Source: Fimbriosthenelais zetlandica
Taxonomy: Eukaryota
Length of the DNA: 64,000 nt
Direction of reading: 5' to 3'
NCBI GenBank assembly: GCA_977030845.1
Contig: OZ365113.1
Coordinates: 19,840,001-19,904,000 of the forward strand
Part shown: one piece after another, positions 8,296 to 23,172 of the stretch
How the letters are laid out: each line of letters begins with the position of its first letter
Position numbering within the stretch: position 1 is the first letter of the stretch
The notes under the pieces: model-generated
The model's input: only the letters and a program-made list of their open reading frames with translations
Database searches by the model: none
What the model was told of the DNA's origin: nothing
Made by a program: the position numbers and the translations under genes

Positions 8296-10960
8296 CTTTG
8301 ATTGTAGTATTTTGAAGCATTTACTGATTAATGCCTTTGCAGCGTTTCCTTTGGTCTTTTCCACCTGATGCCTACTCATGTGCACCACATAGACAAATTA
8401 TAATTTTGCTCATGTCCCTGTTGCCAGGGAAACCAGGAATTATTGTGTAAAATTATCCTCAATGTTCAGAATATCCTGTATTCGTAAACATTTATCTCTA
8501 CATCTGCTTATTTATTCGGCCCATATACTACAAGGAAGTGGTTGTCAGTCCAGGTTTGAACCTGTTGAATAAAAACAATCCCATTTCCACTATGTTAAAT
8601 GTTTTTCCCACTGGAAGAATAGAGTCAGTCTCTAACAGAATATAGCCATTCTTTATATTGTGTGAAACGGTCAGAGGTCCCCCGCCTGGTCCGTGTAGAA
8701 CATGGCACAACCCTTCAGTAAACATGTCTCCATAGAACAAACTCTGTTAAATTCCTGATGCCAGGAGCAGGAATGGGCGTGCTCCAATCATTTTTACCAA
8801 TTCCCCGAGTGCCACACAGAACATTTCTTAAAGATTCATTAAAAACGGAAAAATTCATTTTGAATCGTTAAGAAACGGATAACAAATTTTCAATTTAATC
8901 AACTGGCAATGAAATCTTTGTCCAAGCGAGGTCGGATTTGAAAAAAAATCTCACCGTTTGAATATGGTGTTTTGATTGAGATTTTCCTTCTTTGAAAAAA
9001 AGAAAAATGAATTGTCAAAATAATATAATATTTGTGAGAGTATTTAAGCCTTGGTCTTTGATATAGGGGGATTATGTGCATGTTACTATCTGTGACGCAA
9101 TCCTAACCTGTCATCTGGCATCAGTGACATCGTTATGACAAGGGCAGGCTTAGAGTCAAACACAATCACCAAACATGGCATGAAATGACAACACTGATAA
9201 TCTTCTCATGACAACTCTCCCAAATCACTGTACACATGATCGTTCAAATTCCTCATCAAATGAGAAAAACTCTCTGAACTTTGAATGAATTTTCCAAATG
9301 TTTACCGAAAGATAATTGGATGATTCCATTTGATTAGTATTTGAAAATTACATGTAAAATCAGATTTCAGGAAGGGGACTGAATATAATTTCTATACACC
9401 CTCAATCGGGCAGTTGTGGGGTAATTATGAGTAGTAATTTCCATTCTATTCTGACAATGCTGTCCTATGCTTCATCTTAATATACCAATTATCAACCAAT
9501 CTTGATTGATATCTTCGTGATGGACGATAATCGGATTTCCAAGAATATATTATAATTTATTACCTTTAACTCTGATTCGGGTTCTGGTATACTCTATGCC
9601 AACTTGGGTTCGGAGTCCAATAAATAAAGGTAAATCAAACACACATATGGTGGCTGAGAGTATATAGACGCAGGATGAGACTGGTCAGTAACATCAGTGT
9701 ATAAAGTTACTACACTGATCTCTATGAAGGCCCAGCCTGAAATCTACCCTTAACTGATGGGCAATAAAAAGAGTGATCAAGGGAGACCTGACTCTCCCAC
9801 TGGATCCCACCTTCTCACACAGCTCTATGTATAGTGGTAATGGTGCTTCTATCCCCCATCACATATATATGCTCTTGATGTGTTGATATGTAGAAGTGGA
9901 GACTTGGCTCTGAATCCCACATCCTATCCATTACTTGGGAACATTAATAAATAGATTCTCTCTGATGGGATTTTAAATGGGATTTCCCATTGAGTCTGTA
10001 TCAGAAGCAAAATGGGATTAATTTTGTCAAGTGCTATCAGTATCAAGGGAGATATGATATATGTACCTCTCCCTCTTACGTTATCTGGCTTGTACATTCT
10101 GGGGATTTACCTATTTTTTCAGGCAATTGCCTGTAAAGTCCAGATAACAGCAGGTCCTCAGATGTACTGTCATATGTTTTAACATAAAATATTTAGTGTC
10201 CATAAATACAATGGATATTTCCTAACTCAGGGTCTTACGCTTATATTCCTCAATATCATATATGCAGTGGAACATTGTTCTTTATCATATTATTTGTCAA
10301 GACATTATCTGAATGCTTCATATAATGCTCTATAGCCCCGTTGCTTTATTGTCTGATGCTTTCCATTCAAATATTGCATTTGCTAGAGTCTATTTCACCA
10401 GCATCATAAAGCAAAACTTTTACTTTCGTAGTAAGTGCCGCTTCAGGAGCCATTTCCCTTTGATTATTGAAGACTGCCACAATATTATACCTTGAAATAT
10501 GTGGACAGAACTTCAATTGGAAACACATCATCAAGTCCCATTGTCTTAGAGACCTGTTGGCGTATACACAATGACAGACTTCTTATACTATGAACCGTGC
10601 CACTGTGTACTTATCATTACAATTTATTCATATCAGGTGCCAAGTAACTCGCCTTAGCAGCTGCCAGAACTTGATTTCTTGTGATTCAGCCAACACGGCC
10701 TCACATATGTCCCACCTACCTTTTTGTCATCATAAGTGACAGACAGAATCTGGGAAAAACTGAATCAACGTAGCGCCAATGGTACGATTAAAGTCTTACC
10801 TTTTTTGCCCCACCCTTCCTCTCCCCACAGTCTTGTCTAATTTCCAGCGCGACACTCGCATTGATTTCTACGTTCATGTAGGATGGGTTTTTCTTGGCCA
10901 ATAATCCCTTGATAGTGGCACAGAGTGTTGAAATTGACGTTGAATATTGGATTTAATTTG

Positions 10961-11020
10961 GAAGAATCTGAGGTCTTTGAATATCATTATGAAGAACCTG
11001 AGGTCTTTGAGTATTATGAA
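10961..11020. repeat. 30-bp tandem duplication
   Basis: gaagaatctgaggtctttgaatatcattat / gaagaacctgaggtctttgagtattat. Confidence 0.85.
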
Positions 11021-14000
11021 AGCGTGGGTATTTTGTATAGGCCCAGATCTTGGTCAGATATATTATATAGGGATGATATATGGGAGAAACGTAAGTTTTG
11101 AAGCTTCTTACACTTTCTCAAATTAATACTATGAACCAGATTTTCTATAACATCTTCAAACTGCGAACTGTCCATCATCCACTTGAGCATCATATCTTCT
11201 TCAGTAATTTGATGCAGCAGACATCAGACATCTCCCTATATGATAGCTCTGAAAGGTATCTATCACACTTGATACATGAATTAGCCTGAGATGATATGTT
11301 CTCATGCTAATTGCTTGAGAAACTTAATGAATTATTGATGTTTAATGATCTACTACTCGCCCTTTCCTCCTCGGCTATGCTGGCCGGTAGTAATTGACGT
11401 ATAGATGGATTGAATCTGATATGTAATACGATCCCTTGTCCATAATCGACGGCCATTTCTCTACTATCCAAGTCATGATATAGAGCAGCAAGATATCCCA
11501 TTTCATATATTACAACTACATGTTGATAAGTCGAAACAGCAACATACTCCTAATACCGTCAATGTACAATTATTTTCGAAAGGTGAACTCATAAATTTAA
11601 TCTATCATGACTAATAACTGACAGTTCACAGATCTTGAGGTAATTTGAGGAAATTATCTCAAATTATTATAGTTTGGCTATATTTATATCCAGAGGAAGA
11701 GACCTCAACATGAATACTTTCTATGATCAATCATGGTGATATATAGTATACACGTATATGGGAAGTTAGTTCTTTCACAGTATCCATAAACTTAGTCATC
11801 AAGGTTAAATAAACTCATCTAAACAACACCTTTTCCCACTTCTCCCTGCTATTTCCCAGTATAATTAGCTGGCATCACGCACCTATACTACGTTGACTCG
11901 GTGTAGCTCTGTGTCTCGTGCTCTGTAACACTGTGTGTGGCCCTGTAACAGACGAGGGCAGGAAATATCTCCAAATATGATAAATGACAGCTTGTTGGAA
12001 GAGGTTTCAAGGACAGATACCTACCAATCTTGGGCATAAATCTACGTAAGGCTCATAATAAAGAGTGGGAGATTTTGCTTTGGACCTCAATATATTGTCT
12101 AGGATTTCTGATACCATTCATTTTGTTTGTGGGTATACAGGGTGGGAGTGAATATAGGGCTACCTGGGCAAATAAGGCCAGTGAAGGGAAGCTTCGCTGA
12201 CCATGGAATATGTGCAGTATGCGAGGACACATGCAAAGTCCTTCATTGCATATATACAGCAAATGATTTATATTTTATGATATTTTGTTTAAGGAAATTG
12301 GTTTTTTTATGTGGATGTTGTCTTAAAAGTTAGAGCTCAACAGCTGTCGAGTCATATTTTCATAACCTTTTGTGTAGGGATCTTTATGACAGTTTTTGTT
12401 CTGCCTGACATGGATGCTTGCAATCCATACTGTCTTGGAAATGCAAGTGTTTACCTATGGAGGTTAAGTCTGGAGGATGGGGGTATATCACATCCTAAAC
12501 CTATATCATATATTTCTTTAAGAGGGACCTGCTGCATAAAGAAAGCCATTGCTTCCAATATATGCATGAGCTTCTTTCTCCAGAAGAAAAATGCAATTTT
12601 CTCAAGAAAGGCCAAATTATGGCATAGCGAATGAATTGACATGGGGCTCATATATTGATAGAGCATGAATAGGAATCAAGACTTTGGGATTTTTGCATTC
12701 AGTCTGCGTGGAGGCAGCAGTCGAGTTGACATAGGATTGTGTTCTGCCATGTATTTTTCTGTCGAAGAGCATTGAAGTTGGTAAGCGATACTTCACGGGG
12801 AGCATCTGGACTGCAAAGAATAGGTCCCGGCCCTATAGTTTGCTGAGAGTTCATGCAGTATTCATCCCAGACTAATCCCATCATAAGAAATTCATTTGGG
12901 AGGAGAGATTGAGTGATACTGAATTAGGGACAAGGGGAGTCGTCGTCGGGCTTTAGCAGTGGAAAAGTATTGGAGAAAGACTACCAAAGACTAGTATGTC
13001 GAGTATATATATGGCCCACTCTGAGCTAATTTCATCCGATGTGTCTTCTCTATTCATCCACAGCTTTGTACTTATGCCTTATTCATTAGAGTTACTTCCA
13101 TATTTTTTTCTCGGTTTGTTTTATTTATGTTGCCTGTGTGGAGAATGAATGAAGGGGCAGGTGATAGTGTATCATGTCACACATAAATACAACCTGCACA
13201 GTTCATGAATGTTTCATATAATGTTGACATTTACACGGCGTTATGTATTAACAAATGTATTCATCACGTAACTGAATACATGTAAAGGTGACTGAATAGG
13301 TAATATAGGGAAAATGTGTACATCGGCAATTTATTTCAGTACTGGTTTAAGTTCGCTCCATTTCACTAGTTTGAGGTTAGTATGAATTAATGGGGCTATA
13401 TAAGGTTACTTATAATTATAATTATAATTCCATGACAGCCAATACATTATTTTCCTTTATTATAGGAAATGATCTGGAGAATACCCAGGTCATGATGATA
13501 ACAATTACACTACCATCAACTTACATATATAATAATTGTTCCTGTGTGACATGAACCCAGACAAAAGATGCCGGTAACTGATGTAGGAAGTCATTCATGC
13601 CTGTGTCGGGCTCTGAACACAGAATGTATAACCCTGCATTCTGTTCTGGCTTACTACGCTCATGTGAACACATGATTTGAAATCGACCCGTGGGCTTTAT
13701 GCCCTCAGGATCGAGCTTTCTTTGGGGGGTTTTCGCCTGTTTTTGTATTCATGCAGTTTGAGTTTGAATACTGGGCACACTATTTGAAATTCTAAACCCT
13801 GATATACCCCACTTTATTGATTTCAAAGCAAAACCTCTGTAAAATCTGGTCGATTTTCATATTGGAATTGTCAATATCACAGAGCACAATTGCTTTGCTT
13901 TTATGTGCCGCAACCTTTTAAGTATGAGAATGGATCCATGCATATCAAATAGTTTCCCATTCCGCTTATTGGAGAAGAGATAAATGGAAGAAGAATGGTT

Positions 14001-14940
14001 ATAGATTATCTCGGCTGACGCTCACAAAAAACTTCCAGGAGGCTGTATTCATAATGGAGTGTTTATTACTTTAATGGACTGCTTAGTGCTTTAATCCCCC
14101 ATTGTTATTCTGAAATTTAACTTCATCTCTTTGTATTTCTATCTAAAGATAGATCTATAGAAAAAGCCACCTCCATATGAGCGATCGCCATGGTATGTAA
14201 ATTGCCCAGCTTATGAAATTAAGAGATATAAATAACAACCTAAGTCCGTCCTCCTTTATTATTTCTATAAGTAGGGCTTACTAACCACGTCTATGGTGGT
14301 ATGCATTGCAGAAGACAGACTAACAGCGCACATTAATTTAAGTCCTGTACATAATAGTATATCTGCTCGCTCTGTCTCTGTCACAATTGAGTGGCGGCAG
14401 ACCCAAGATGTAAGTGAAAGATATATTGCGCACTTAATACGCATCTGCTTCTCTATAAAATACATTAAATATGACAAGTTGTCCACCAAGAGTTGGTTCG
14501 GATATATATAATTAACTTTAGAGGACAAGATAATAAACATCACTAATTCTGAACTTCCTCCCTTTAATTAACTTAGTGAGGCCATTCTATTCGGGTCATA
14601 ATTTTAAGTGACATTTCCACTTTATATTAATGGAAACCAAGGTATTTCCCTCTGCCTGGTCCTCATAAAAAAGTGGAAGATTTGTATTCCTAACCAATAG
14701 TAAAGACATAAAACTAGTGGTTTTACTTTTGCATGGAGTAAAGCCATAGTTAAAGCCATCTCCTTCTTTTCTGATATAATGACCCTTCACAGATAAGTTG
14801 AAAGAGCACTAGATATGAATGGGCAATGTCTGGGGCTGGAGCTGGGACAACCATTTATTTACCCATCCACCATTTCAAACTCGTACAGCTTCTGCGGAGA
14901 ATTATCTGCCCGCTCTCCCCAATTGATGCTATCCATATAT

Positions 14941-16589
14941 GTGGGTTATAACGGGGTTTACTGATAGGCGAGAAAGGGCCTAAATATTTACTGATAAGCG
15001 ATATTTGGGTACATTTTTTACCGATAACTGATAAACGAGCATCAGGTTCGATAAGCGAGAAATAACTTTTTCATTTATAATAAAATAAAATATCATAAAA
15101 ATACATTTACAATATCATAAAATGGGAGCGTGAGACCTTAACAAGTCGATGTTTGAGTGGGTCCCAGCTCTATGTGGCGCTGTGCAACAATATTCTATAA
15201 AAAAATCAGAGAACCCTTGATAGTAGGTCAGGCTAGAAATTTCGTTTGGCTAATCAGAGAATTAATGTTATCTACTTAATGTCCATTAATATCCCATTAA
15301 CCAGATATGACCGTCCCATCGGTCTGGCGGATAATGAGAAGAGGGGAGGTTATAATCTTGTATCTTTCATGGGGACAAGCTGAGGACAAGGGTCTGGCCT
15401 AAGCTGCAGCTCCAGTTAATGAATACAGCGATAGTATATATATCTGGTATTCCAATTAGTAACATCTGGTTTTTAATTAAGAATGGGTATGGCCGACTTT
15501 CAAAGATTCTTACCGGCATCAAACCCTGCTGTATAGATCCCACATAGGGTAGGCTATAATAGGCCTAAGCCTACCGATGGGTAGGCCTATAAAAATTGTA
15601 GATCTTTGTAATATATGCCCTATTTCATTTGACTTTTTTCTTTCTTGCGCGCACTTAGTACAGGCCTACGGTAAGCCTACTTCTGGTTAGTCTCTGGGAA
15701 CACACAGTAGGCCTACTGCAACATGGCGGGAAAGTGAGTGTTTTCTCCAAAATATGTGGGTAACAAGACCACGTGTGGTGTTCTTTTTTTATTTTAAACC
15801 TTTCTAAGATGGCAGGCATAAAATCAAACGCTCTAGCCTCATCGTGTTATCTCCTTGCTTATAATATCTTGGAATGGTGTCAACGACCTATTAATTATAG
15901 GCCTAATTAATGGTCTGACGATGCTCTGACGGAGTGGCATATTTTTCAGCGCTACGAAAATGACCGCATGTCTTCCCTATCTATGGGGAAAATTGTTGAC
16001 CAGCTGTGCACTGATAAAGATCTAGGTCGAGCTTTTCCTGTGATGTCTTTCTTGGCTGGATATTTCAGGGTATTGCCCTCCCACACAGCGGATCTTAATT
16101 ATGAGGATCTAAATTTACCAGTTAAACCAGAAATGTCGCTGGTGCCTTTATATAAAAAATGTCTGATAGGAGCTCAGAATGTAGCATGCTCTATATACAC
16201 CTGTGTTGAGATGTAGTCATCTGTATGTATATACAGTCATCTATGTGTATACGCCTCCCGAATGTACAGATTATTCACAGATTAATCACATGCACTGTGT
16301 ATTGTATCTACGCAGACTTATTTTTTTGAGTCTGTTTAGATCTGTTTAGTGAATTACAATGTATCTAATTTAGTAATTATTCTTTGTGCAAAGAGAAATA
16401 TGAAGCAACAACATTGACAATATTAATACAAAAAATGATCATGATTGAATGATTGCTGTAACTAAAAAGTCCCCTATGTTTTCCTTATTTACGGCGATTT
16501 TACTGATAGAGCCAAAATTTTACTGATACTGACAAATAAGGCAAAATTTTACTGATAACTGATAACAGAGTGACCCCCTTATAACCCCC
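14941..16589. mobile_element. Non-autonomous DNA transposon (MITE-like, possibly Sola-type) with 17-bp TIRs and AT-rich target-site duplication
   Basis: Left end GTGGGTTATAACGGGGT (14941-14957) vs reverse complement of right end GGGGGTTATAAGGGGGT (16573-16589): 15/17 identical. ATATAT flanks both sides (14935-14940, 16590-16595). Subterminal TTTACTGATA arrays at both ends. No transposase ORF. Confidence 0.75.
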
Positions 16590-19500
16590 ATATATCTCTC
16601 CCCAAAAATAGCTGCAATACAGCCTGGCTCTCCATAATAATACCTACTGCTGTACCAAGTTAATCTAAAGGATGTATTCACTAAAATCTTCCCCGATCGA
16701 AGTAAATTAAGTCGGAAACCTGCCCTTATCAGAGTTACATTTGTTGGGCTATATTTGTGTAATTCTGTACAGGTGACCTTTTTCAGAGAGAAAAGTCTGC
16801 ATGGGAGAGTAAGGTGAGCTCATTGGATGGAGAATATGGTGTTACCAGACCCCGGCCACGACACAGCTGGTCGAGGAGTTTTCAACTTCTCCAGTTCCTC
16901 CTCCTCCTTCTCCATCACCAAGGCTTGAGCCTATATAGAATCGGCGCTACATTATTCTTAAAGTGGAACTCCACAGAATCAGTCAGTGAAGCCTTTGATG
17001 TGCCAATCTGAACAATAGCTGCCACGAGTGTTCGCTCTCAGCACAACTCTAGCCACAAGCATTTGTCGTGAATTTGATGCAGGAAATCAAAAGAAGCAGT
17101 ACTCAGTCCGAAGATCATTTTTCTGCTCGTGACAAGTGGAATCCGGCTCATCAGCATTGTGTTTGAACATCAGAACTGAGTGTTGGTTTGGAAGTGTGTG
17201 ACATCTCTTACCCTTCAGTGTTGAAGCCGAGTCATTACATACAAATTAGGTAAAGAATATTTAAAGGCAGAGTATTGAAACAATATTATTCACCTCTTTA
17301 TAGTAATTGGTATGTGTGGCATCCATATACAGAGCCACCAGCTCATTCCCACTGTGGATATAGTCTGCTGTTTCCATATTCACCTAGCCCATGATATGCT
17401 GGACGTTTCCCTAATGAGGGCTTTTAAGCCGGTGCCTCTTTTATTACCAGCTCATTATATGTCCCCCCTCATACAAACAGAACAAACTGGACAGGCCTTA
17501 TATCCCTATTTGCAAAGAGGCGCACTTATTTTTCCTGCTATGCTTGTTAAGCAAAGTAATTGTAATTCAGAAGGGTGGCCGGTATTGCCTGATTTTCAGC
17601 AGGATGGTGTTCATTGCCTGACCAGTCTGCTAGCCTCCCATACCCCATCACTAGCCCACCCGTGGATATAACCCCTGGTGGAGCAGCTAAACAGATTATC
17701 CTCGGGCCTTATCTCCTGGTATTGTTGTTATCGCTGCCATTTCTGTATGCTGATGAGACCCCCTCACTGCTCCACCAACAGTCATATAAATCTTAGTTCC
17801 CACCACTGGGCCTGGCATGGTTACAGTCCTTCCTGCCACATATGACATGCTCATATCCACCCTCACTAATTCTCTCCATTTGCTCAACACATTTCTGTCC
17901 ATTTGAGGCCAACCGCTGTACATATAAGTGCCATAAATACGTATTTGTCTAATATGCTGCAAAAATATATTTCTGACTGATTGGGCTGCATATATTCATG
18001 AGTAGTCTGTGAGGTTGGGACTGATGATGCATATTGCTGGTTCTTCTAATTGCTGAACCAATGTGACGATGGCTTTCACTATCTACCAGGTACTTAATAA
18101 CTGATGCTACTGGAATCCAATGGTAGACTGCCTTAAGGAGTGTAACCATAGGCAATGACCACACAGACTGATGTCGATACTAAACCATTCTTTGTCTCTC
18201 AAATCCCCCTCTCCCCCTATAATCCAGGGATGATCATATCTCAAGGGGGTAAAGCCTGTATGTAGTAAGAGATTAGCATGACCATTCACTGTGTGATGAG
18301 AATATACTAACGGGGGGATGAGGAGCAGCTCGGGCGAGCTGGTCATCCGGCTGGTCATCCCTACCCCACCTGCAAGTGACCAGGTCAATGGTCAAGAGTC
18401 ATTCATCATTAGAACCCAGCCAGCCAGGCAAAACTAGGGTGGAGGTAATCAACCAGAGATTCTCCCATCCAGTGTGAGAGCAGCAATGCCCACAGGAGAG
18501 AGGTGCCACTCTTCATTCACCCCCCCTCACCCCACCTCACCCTCCACCTGCTCGCCCGTGAAAGGATCACTTGAATGTCCTCTGTTATCACATCCGCCCT
18601 TCACTGCCGATTCTCTATAGCCAGTCCACTTATACCATTTTTTTCAATCAGCGGCATTTTATTCTCCGCAAACCTCACGTTCAGTTACTCATAAACGAGT
18701 AAAGTTACTTTTGAAAAGAGAGGCGGAACTTGCTGAGCTATTCCCTTCCTATTTGAATGGATAAGATATCTCATAGCCATCAGTTTCCCTCATTGAAATG
18801 AAAGGCATCTGAACTCTGAAAGTTTTCCACAATGAACGACTAGAATTAATTCTATTATATGGCTCCAGGTTTCTGCATTCTTGTTCATTGATGTATTCTG
18901 ACAAAAGCTACTTGACTAAAGATCTCTGGTGCCGCATACTATTCTTGCTGTCTGCAGGTAGAACATTCCTTTTAACAGGCAATGCTCAAAGGAGGTGAAC
19001 AATTGAAGTATTGAATGGCTGCAGCATGAAAGGGAGATGCACTGATAAGCATTGTATTCTTACAATGCCGAGTACTCAACTATCTTTCTCTCAACTCACT
19101 GAATGTATGCGTATCACTTGCAAAGAAGGTTGCTTTATATGCATCAAAGCAATCTTTTTTGGTGATGCAATTACAAGGGTCATTTTTTTTGTTTCTATTT
19201 ACTATCGCTTTTCTCAGTACGCATACTTGCATTCTGTACGTGATATAGGTTTGTGGATGGGATACAGATCTAAACTAGAGAAGTTCCAATACCATGCAAG
19301 TTTATAATTTTTAAATAGTACATTGATAATGAGTTGATTTATCATACATGTGCTTATTGCAAATATACATGTATTCCCTTCTACAAACTTGAATATTAAT
19401 TTTGTCTTCCAAGTGAAAGAAAAGTGCCGGTAATCTTCTTTTGTTCACAAGAAATCACAGCGAAAGAGGGTCTCTTCTTTCTCTTTAATTAATTTTTTCT

Positions 19501-22500
19501 TAATTCTTTTATCCCGTCTTTTACAGTGGAAAAATTGCATTAGAAGTAATGAGTGTGTTGCATAATTTGCTGTTCTTTTTCCCTAGTCGAACGCCTTGGG
19601 TGATGGCTCGGGCAAGCTTGTGAAAATTGTACCATGTTCTTGTCCCTTCTATAAAATACTCTTTCAATATTGAAATAAGTTTCTGAATTGAAAAGACAAT
19701 ACGCAGTTAAAGGGTAAGGCATGCACATTGTTCATAGTATGTTTGACATTTGGTAGTACCGTGTAGTGAAGAGGGGCATGTTAGTCTCAAAAGATCGAGG
19801 ACAGTGAAAACAAAAACTTTTTTTGGACAAATATATTAAGTCATTCCAACATAAACTCTTGTGGAAACTTCGTGTTGTAGAAGAGATCTGGGCCATTGTT
19901 CGGTTCCTTTCACACGACCTTTAATGCAATCATCAGAACCTTTCAAGTGGAAACCCTGAAAATTTGTTTTAAAAAGATTTTGCATTAAATGGGGAAATTG
20001 AGTATTGGATCAACAAACAAAGCCCATATTCTTGTCAAGAGTTGTGGAGGAGGGATTATGGCCTTCCTGAATGGATCCACCAGAACCTTGTTTTCCTAGG
20101 CTGTGACAGCACTAAGAGGTTAACTGATGGTTTTAAAAATATCACACAAAAAAGTATGGAATAAACACTTGCCTCGTGTTTAAACATGAGCGGAGGAAAT
20201 GCACTGAATTTCTAAGTATTTTCCTCGTCCTGCTGCCTTTTTAGTCTCCATTTAAATTGTAGCGCTGGGTTGATGTGTACATGTATAGGGCTTTTTGGGC
20301 GACTGAATTTGTTACTGTACACCTTTCTATCTAATTTCAATCCTTTCCCCTTACTATGTTAAGGCAAATCACATGCCTGGCTGCATACTTTAGAAAGCAA
20401 TGCAAAGAAAAAATGTTCTCCATCATAACATTCTGACTCCGGAGACCATGATTTATTCTCTCTTCTCTCTCTATGATATTTGTCTCCTGGATTCTGACTT
20501 ATCACAATTCAACATGGATCTCTCTGCCAAATGCTCATGCGGAGGGTGCTGCCTACCGGTCCACATTTGAACAGGGAGAGATAATGGAATGCATTTGAGA
20601 TGAGGGAATACCTCCATCATTGTGATGCACCTTGTACTAGTATAAGCACAAGTTATTACAAAGTTGACGCCATGATCATGTATTCACCAATGCATGTTCC
20701 ACACACACATGGGGCTGTGTGACTTGAGGCTATATAATGTATGCGTCGCCCCTGTCTTGTGCAGGGAATGGCTAACCGTGGAGGGCCTTTGTTCACATGG
20801 CTTTATGATGTTTAGCACGGCAATGGCAAATGAAAAGGTTTATCCCTGACTTACGTGATGACATGCAGAGAGAGATAGTTTCAGACCATTGCCTTACCCC
20901 CTTTACATTCAGTGCATTTCCATGTATTAAGTACAATTTCCTTTTCTCGGTCAGGCGGCCACTATATAATAAAGCTGCCTCTGATGTTAGATGTACCCAG
21001 AAATTCACCTCATACCTTGTACTTTATATGAAGGATTCATTTCTAATTATTTTCCTAACTCTCAGTTGTCATGAGAGATAAGAGTAACCCAACATTGAAC
21101 TGCTCAGCTTGAAATGTATTAAGATCTGTCAGTAAAAACGTGTAATAGCTGTTGGTGATTTGCCTCGTGCAATACGATCCATGGACTTGTCACCTGTAGG
21201 GAGGAGGATATTTGTTCCTAGCACCTGTCGTCTACCTCTCAGGCTTACATTACCACGGGCCGCATGCTGACAGTTTGTACATAACATTCTGTTTTTGCAT
21301 AAACCACCACCAGCACCCAGCCAAGCACAACAAGCTCAGCTTTAACCTTTAACATGGACAAGCATTACTTGCCCTCGGCTTTGTTCGTCTTAGCCTTTGG
21401 ATCTGACTGGCTGTTAACATTTGGTCGCTGTGAAAATATCTTAAAGCATTTCCGAAGGGATCTTGCACAGTATGTGTAAATAATAGAGGTTTTGCCTAAA
21501 TCAGACAAGCTGTGTGTACTCGTGAAAAGGTTTTAAAGAAAAAATATTACCTTTTGCCAAGTAACCTTTGTGTTGCCTATACCATTTGCATCATTGCCCT
21601 AGTCATTGCATGAGCATATCCTTTTCCGCACGGAATACGCCCACCTGAAATCATAACTCTTCTTCGTATATTTTGTTACAAAGAGACAATCTCAGTGCAC
21701 ACTACACTCACCACTGGAATGCCTCCTGTACAATCTGGCAGCGTAGCTTTTCCACGTGGATGATACCATTTAACATCTCCACACATATGAGGCAGCCAAA
21801 TGTATTGAAAGCTAACTGGCCTTTTCTCAAGCCTTTGTCTGTCACCCACACCTATCCTTTCCCATAGTCTTCGGAGAAAAAAAATACATTAAGGGAGACA
21901 TTCACATATATACGTAATATTGGAATCTGAGGCAAGCGAGCGTGAGGGAAAGGGGAAAGATCCCCTTGAAAAATTTCCCATTGATCATGTCAGGTTTTTA
22001 TCAATAAAACAATACCTTCCTGTTTTAGGGATTTTTCAAGACCATTCTGGCGTGTGACGCCATCTGTTATTTATTTCTCGGGGGGACATTCAGTCTTGTC
22101 ACGATACAGTAGGTTAGTAGATAACTTTTAAAACCCCATACATGGGAACCATTGTAATGTAAGAAGCAAAAAGTGGGCTGGAGACAAAAAATGGATAGGT
22201 ATTTGCTGGCTTGTGTTGAAGGCAGGTCTTGTGGGAGCCATTGAGATATATGCTTAATGATATACTGGGTCCCATTAACTGATCTAATACCCCCCTGAAT
22301 ATGGTGACATGGGCTCATTAACTGTCCCCCTGTCTACTCTCTCCATTGTCTGCTGCATTTCCAAGAAATTACAAGATCACAACCACTGTCCCCTAGCCAG
22401 GCTTCATATCCTGACGATCTTGATCCTTCCTGATAAGCGCCGCTTAACTACTAGTACCTGAATTAATGCTGGGTTTTTAGTATCAGGCGATTAGAAAATT

Positions 22501-23142
22501 ATCAGGGAATTAATCTGTGGTGGAAAAGAGGACAATTGAGAATGTAAAAAGGACATTACATATTGCATCAAGATTATATCATCAAGATGATAGCTGATAA
22601 GATGGTTTTCAGTTCATGTACTTGCCAATAACCTACTCTTGGAACAAGTACACTTTCTCCCGTCTAACCCCGGGCCTGAAAGGCAAAGTGTTAAGATCGT
22701 TTCCACCGAATTTACCAGATGTAACTGAACCCATCACTCAGCCCCTGGAGGTGGTGTATTGGATGCTGCAGGGGCATTAATCCATTCTTGCCCACGCTTT
22801 AACTTGGTCTAAAACCAAAAGTGGCCTGGGGTGTTAATCACATTAAAGATGGTTACACTCCACGGCCTGCCCGCATCCACCAGAAGCGTGTCGTCACAGT
22901 CTCACCCTGCATCCAATAATGCCTGATGATCAACCAACACACCATTGGACAATTAGTAGATCCCTGCCCTTTATATGCCATGCTAGTGTCCCTCAATCTA
23001 ACACTCACATATATGACATGGGTCTGTTAATGGGTAGGGTTGTTTACTTAGCCTCCACATACGTACGGTCCACTAACTGTGATAGCCATATTTCACCCAA
23101 GATGCTTTGATTGCAATGCATGATCGATCATCCTCAGATAAT

Positions 23143-23172
23143 CCCCCCCCCCCCACCTACCCCAACCCCCAC
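23143..23172 (-). repeat. Poly-C tract / G-quadruplex-capable motif on - strand
   Basis: C12 at 23143-23154 followed by further C runs (acctaccccaacccccacc). Confidence 0.6.

Noticed and set aside
15968-16216. 82-aa ORF inside the TIR element as a transposase fragment
   Set aside because: No DDE/DDD or DNA-binding motif recognisable.
21551-21644. Minus-strand exon-like segment
   Set aside because: Stops in all three frames and only a moderate donor (GTAATA); indistinguishable from a chance match.
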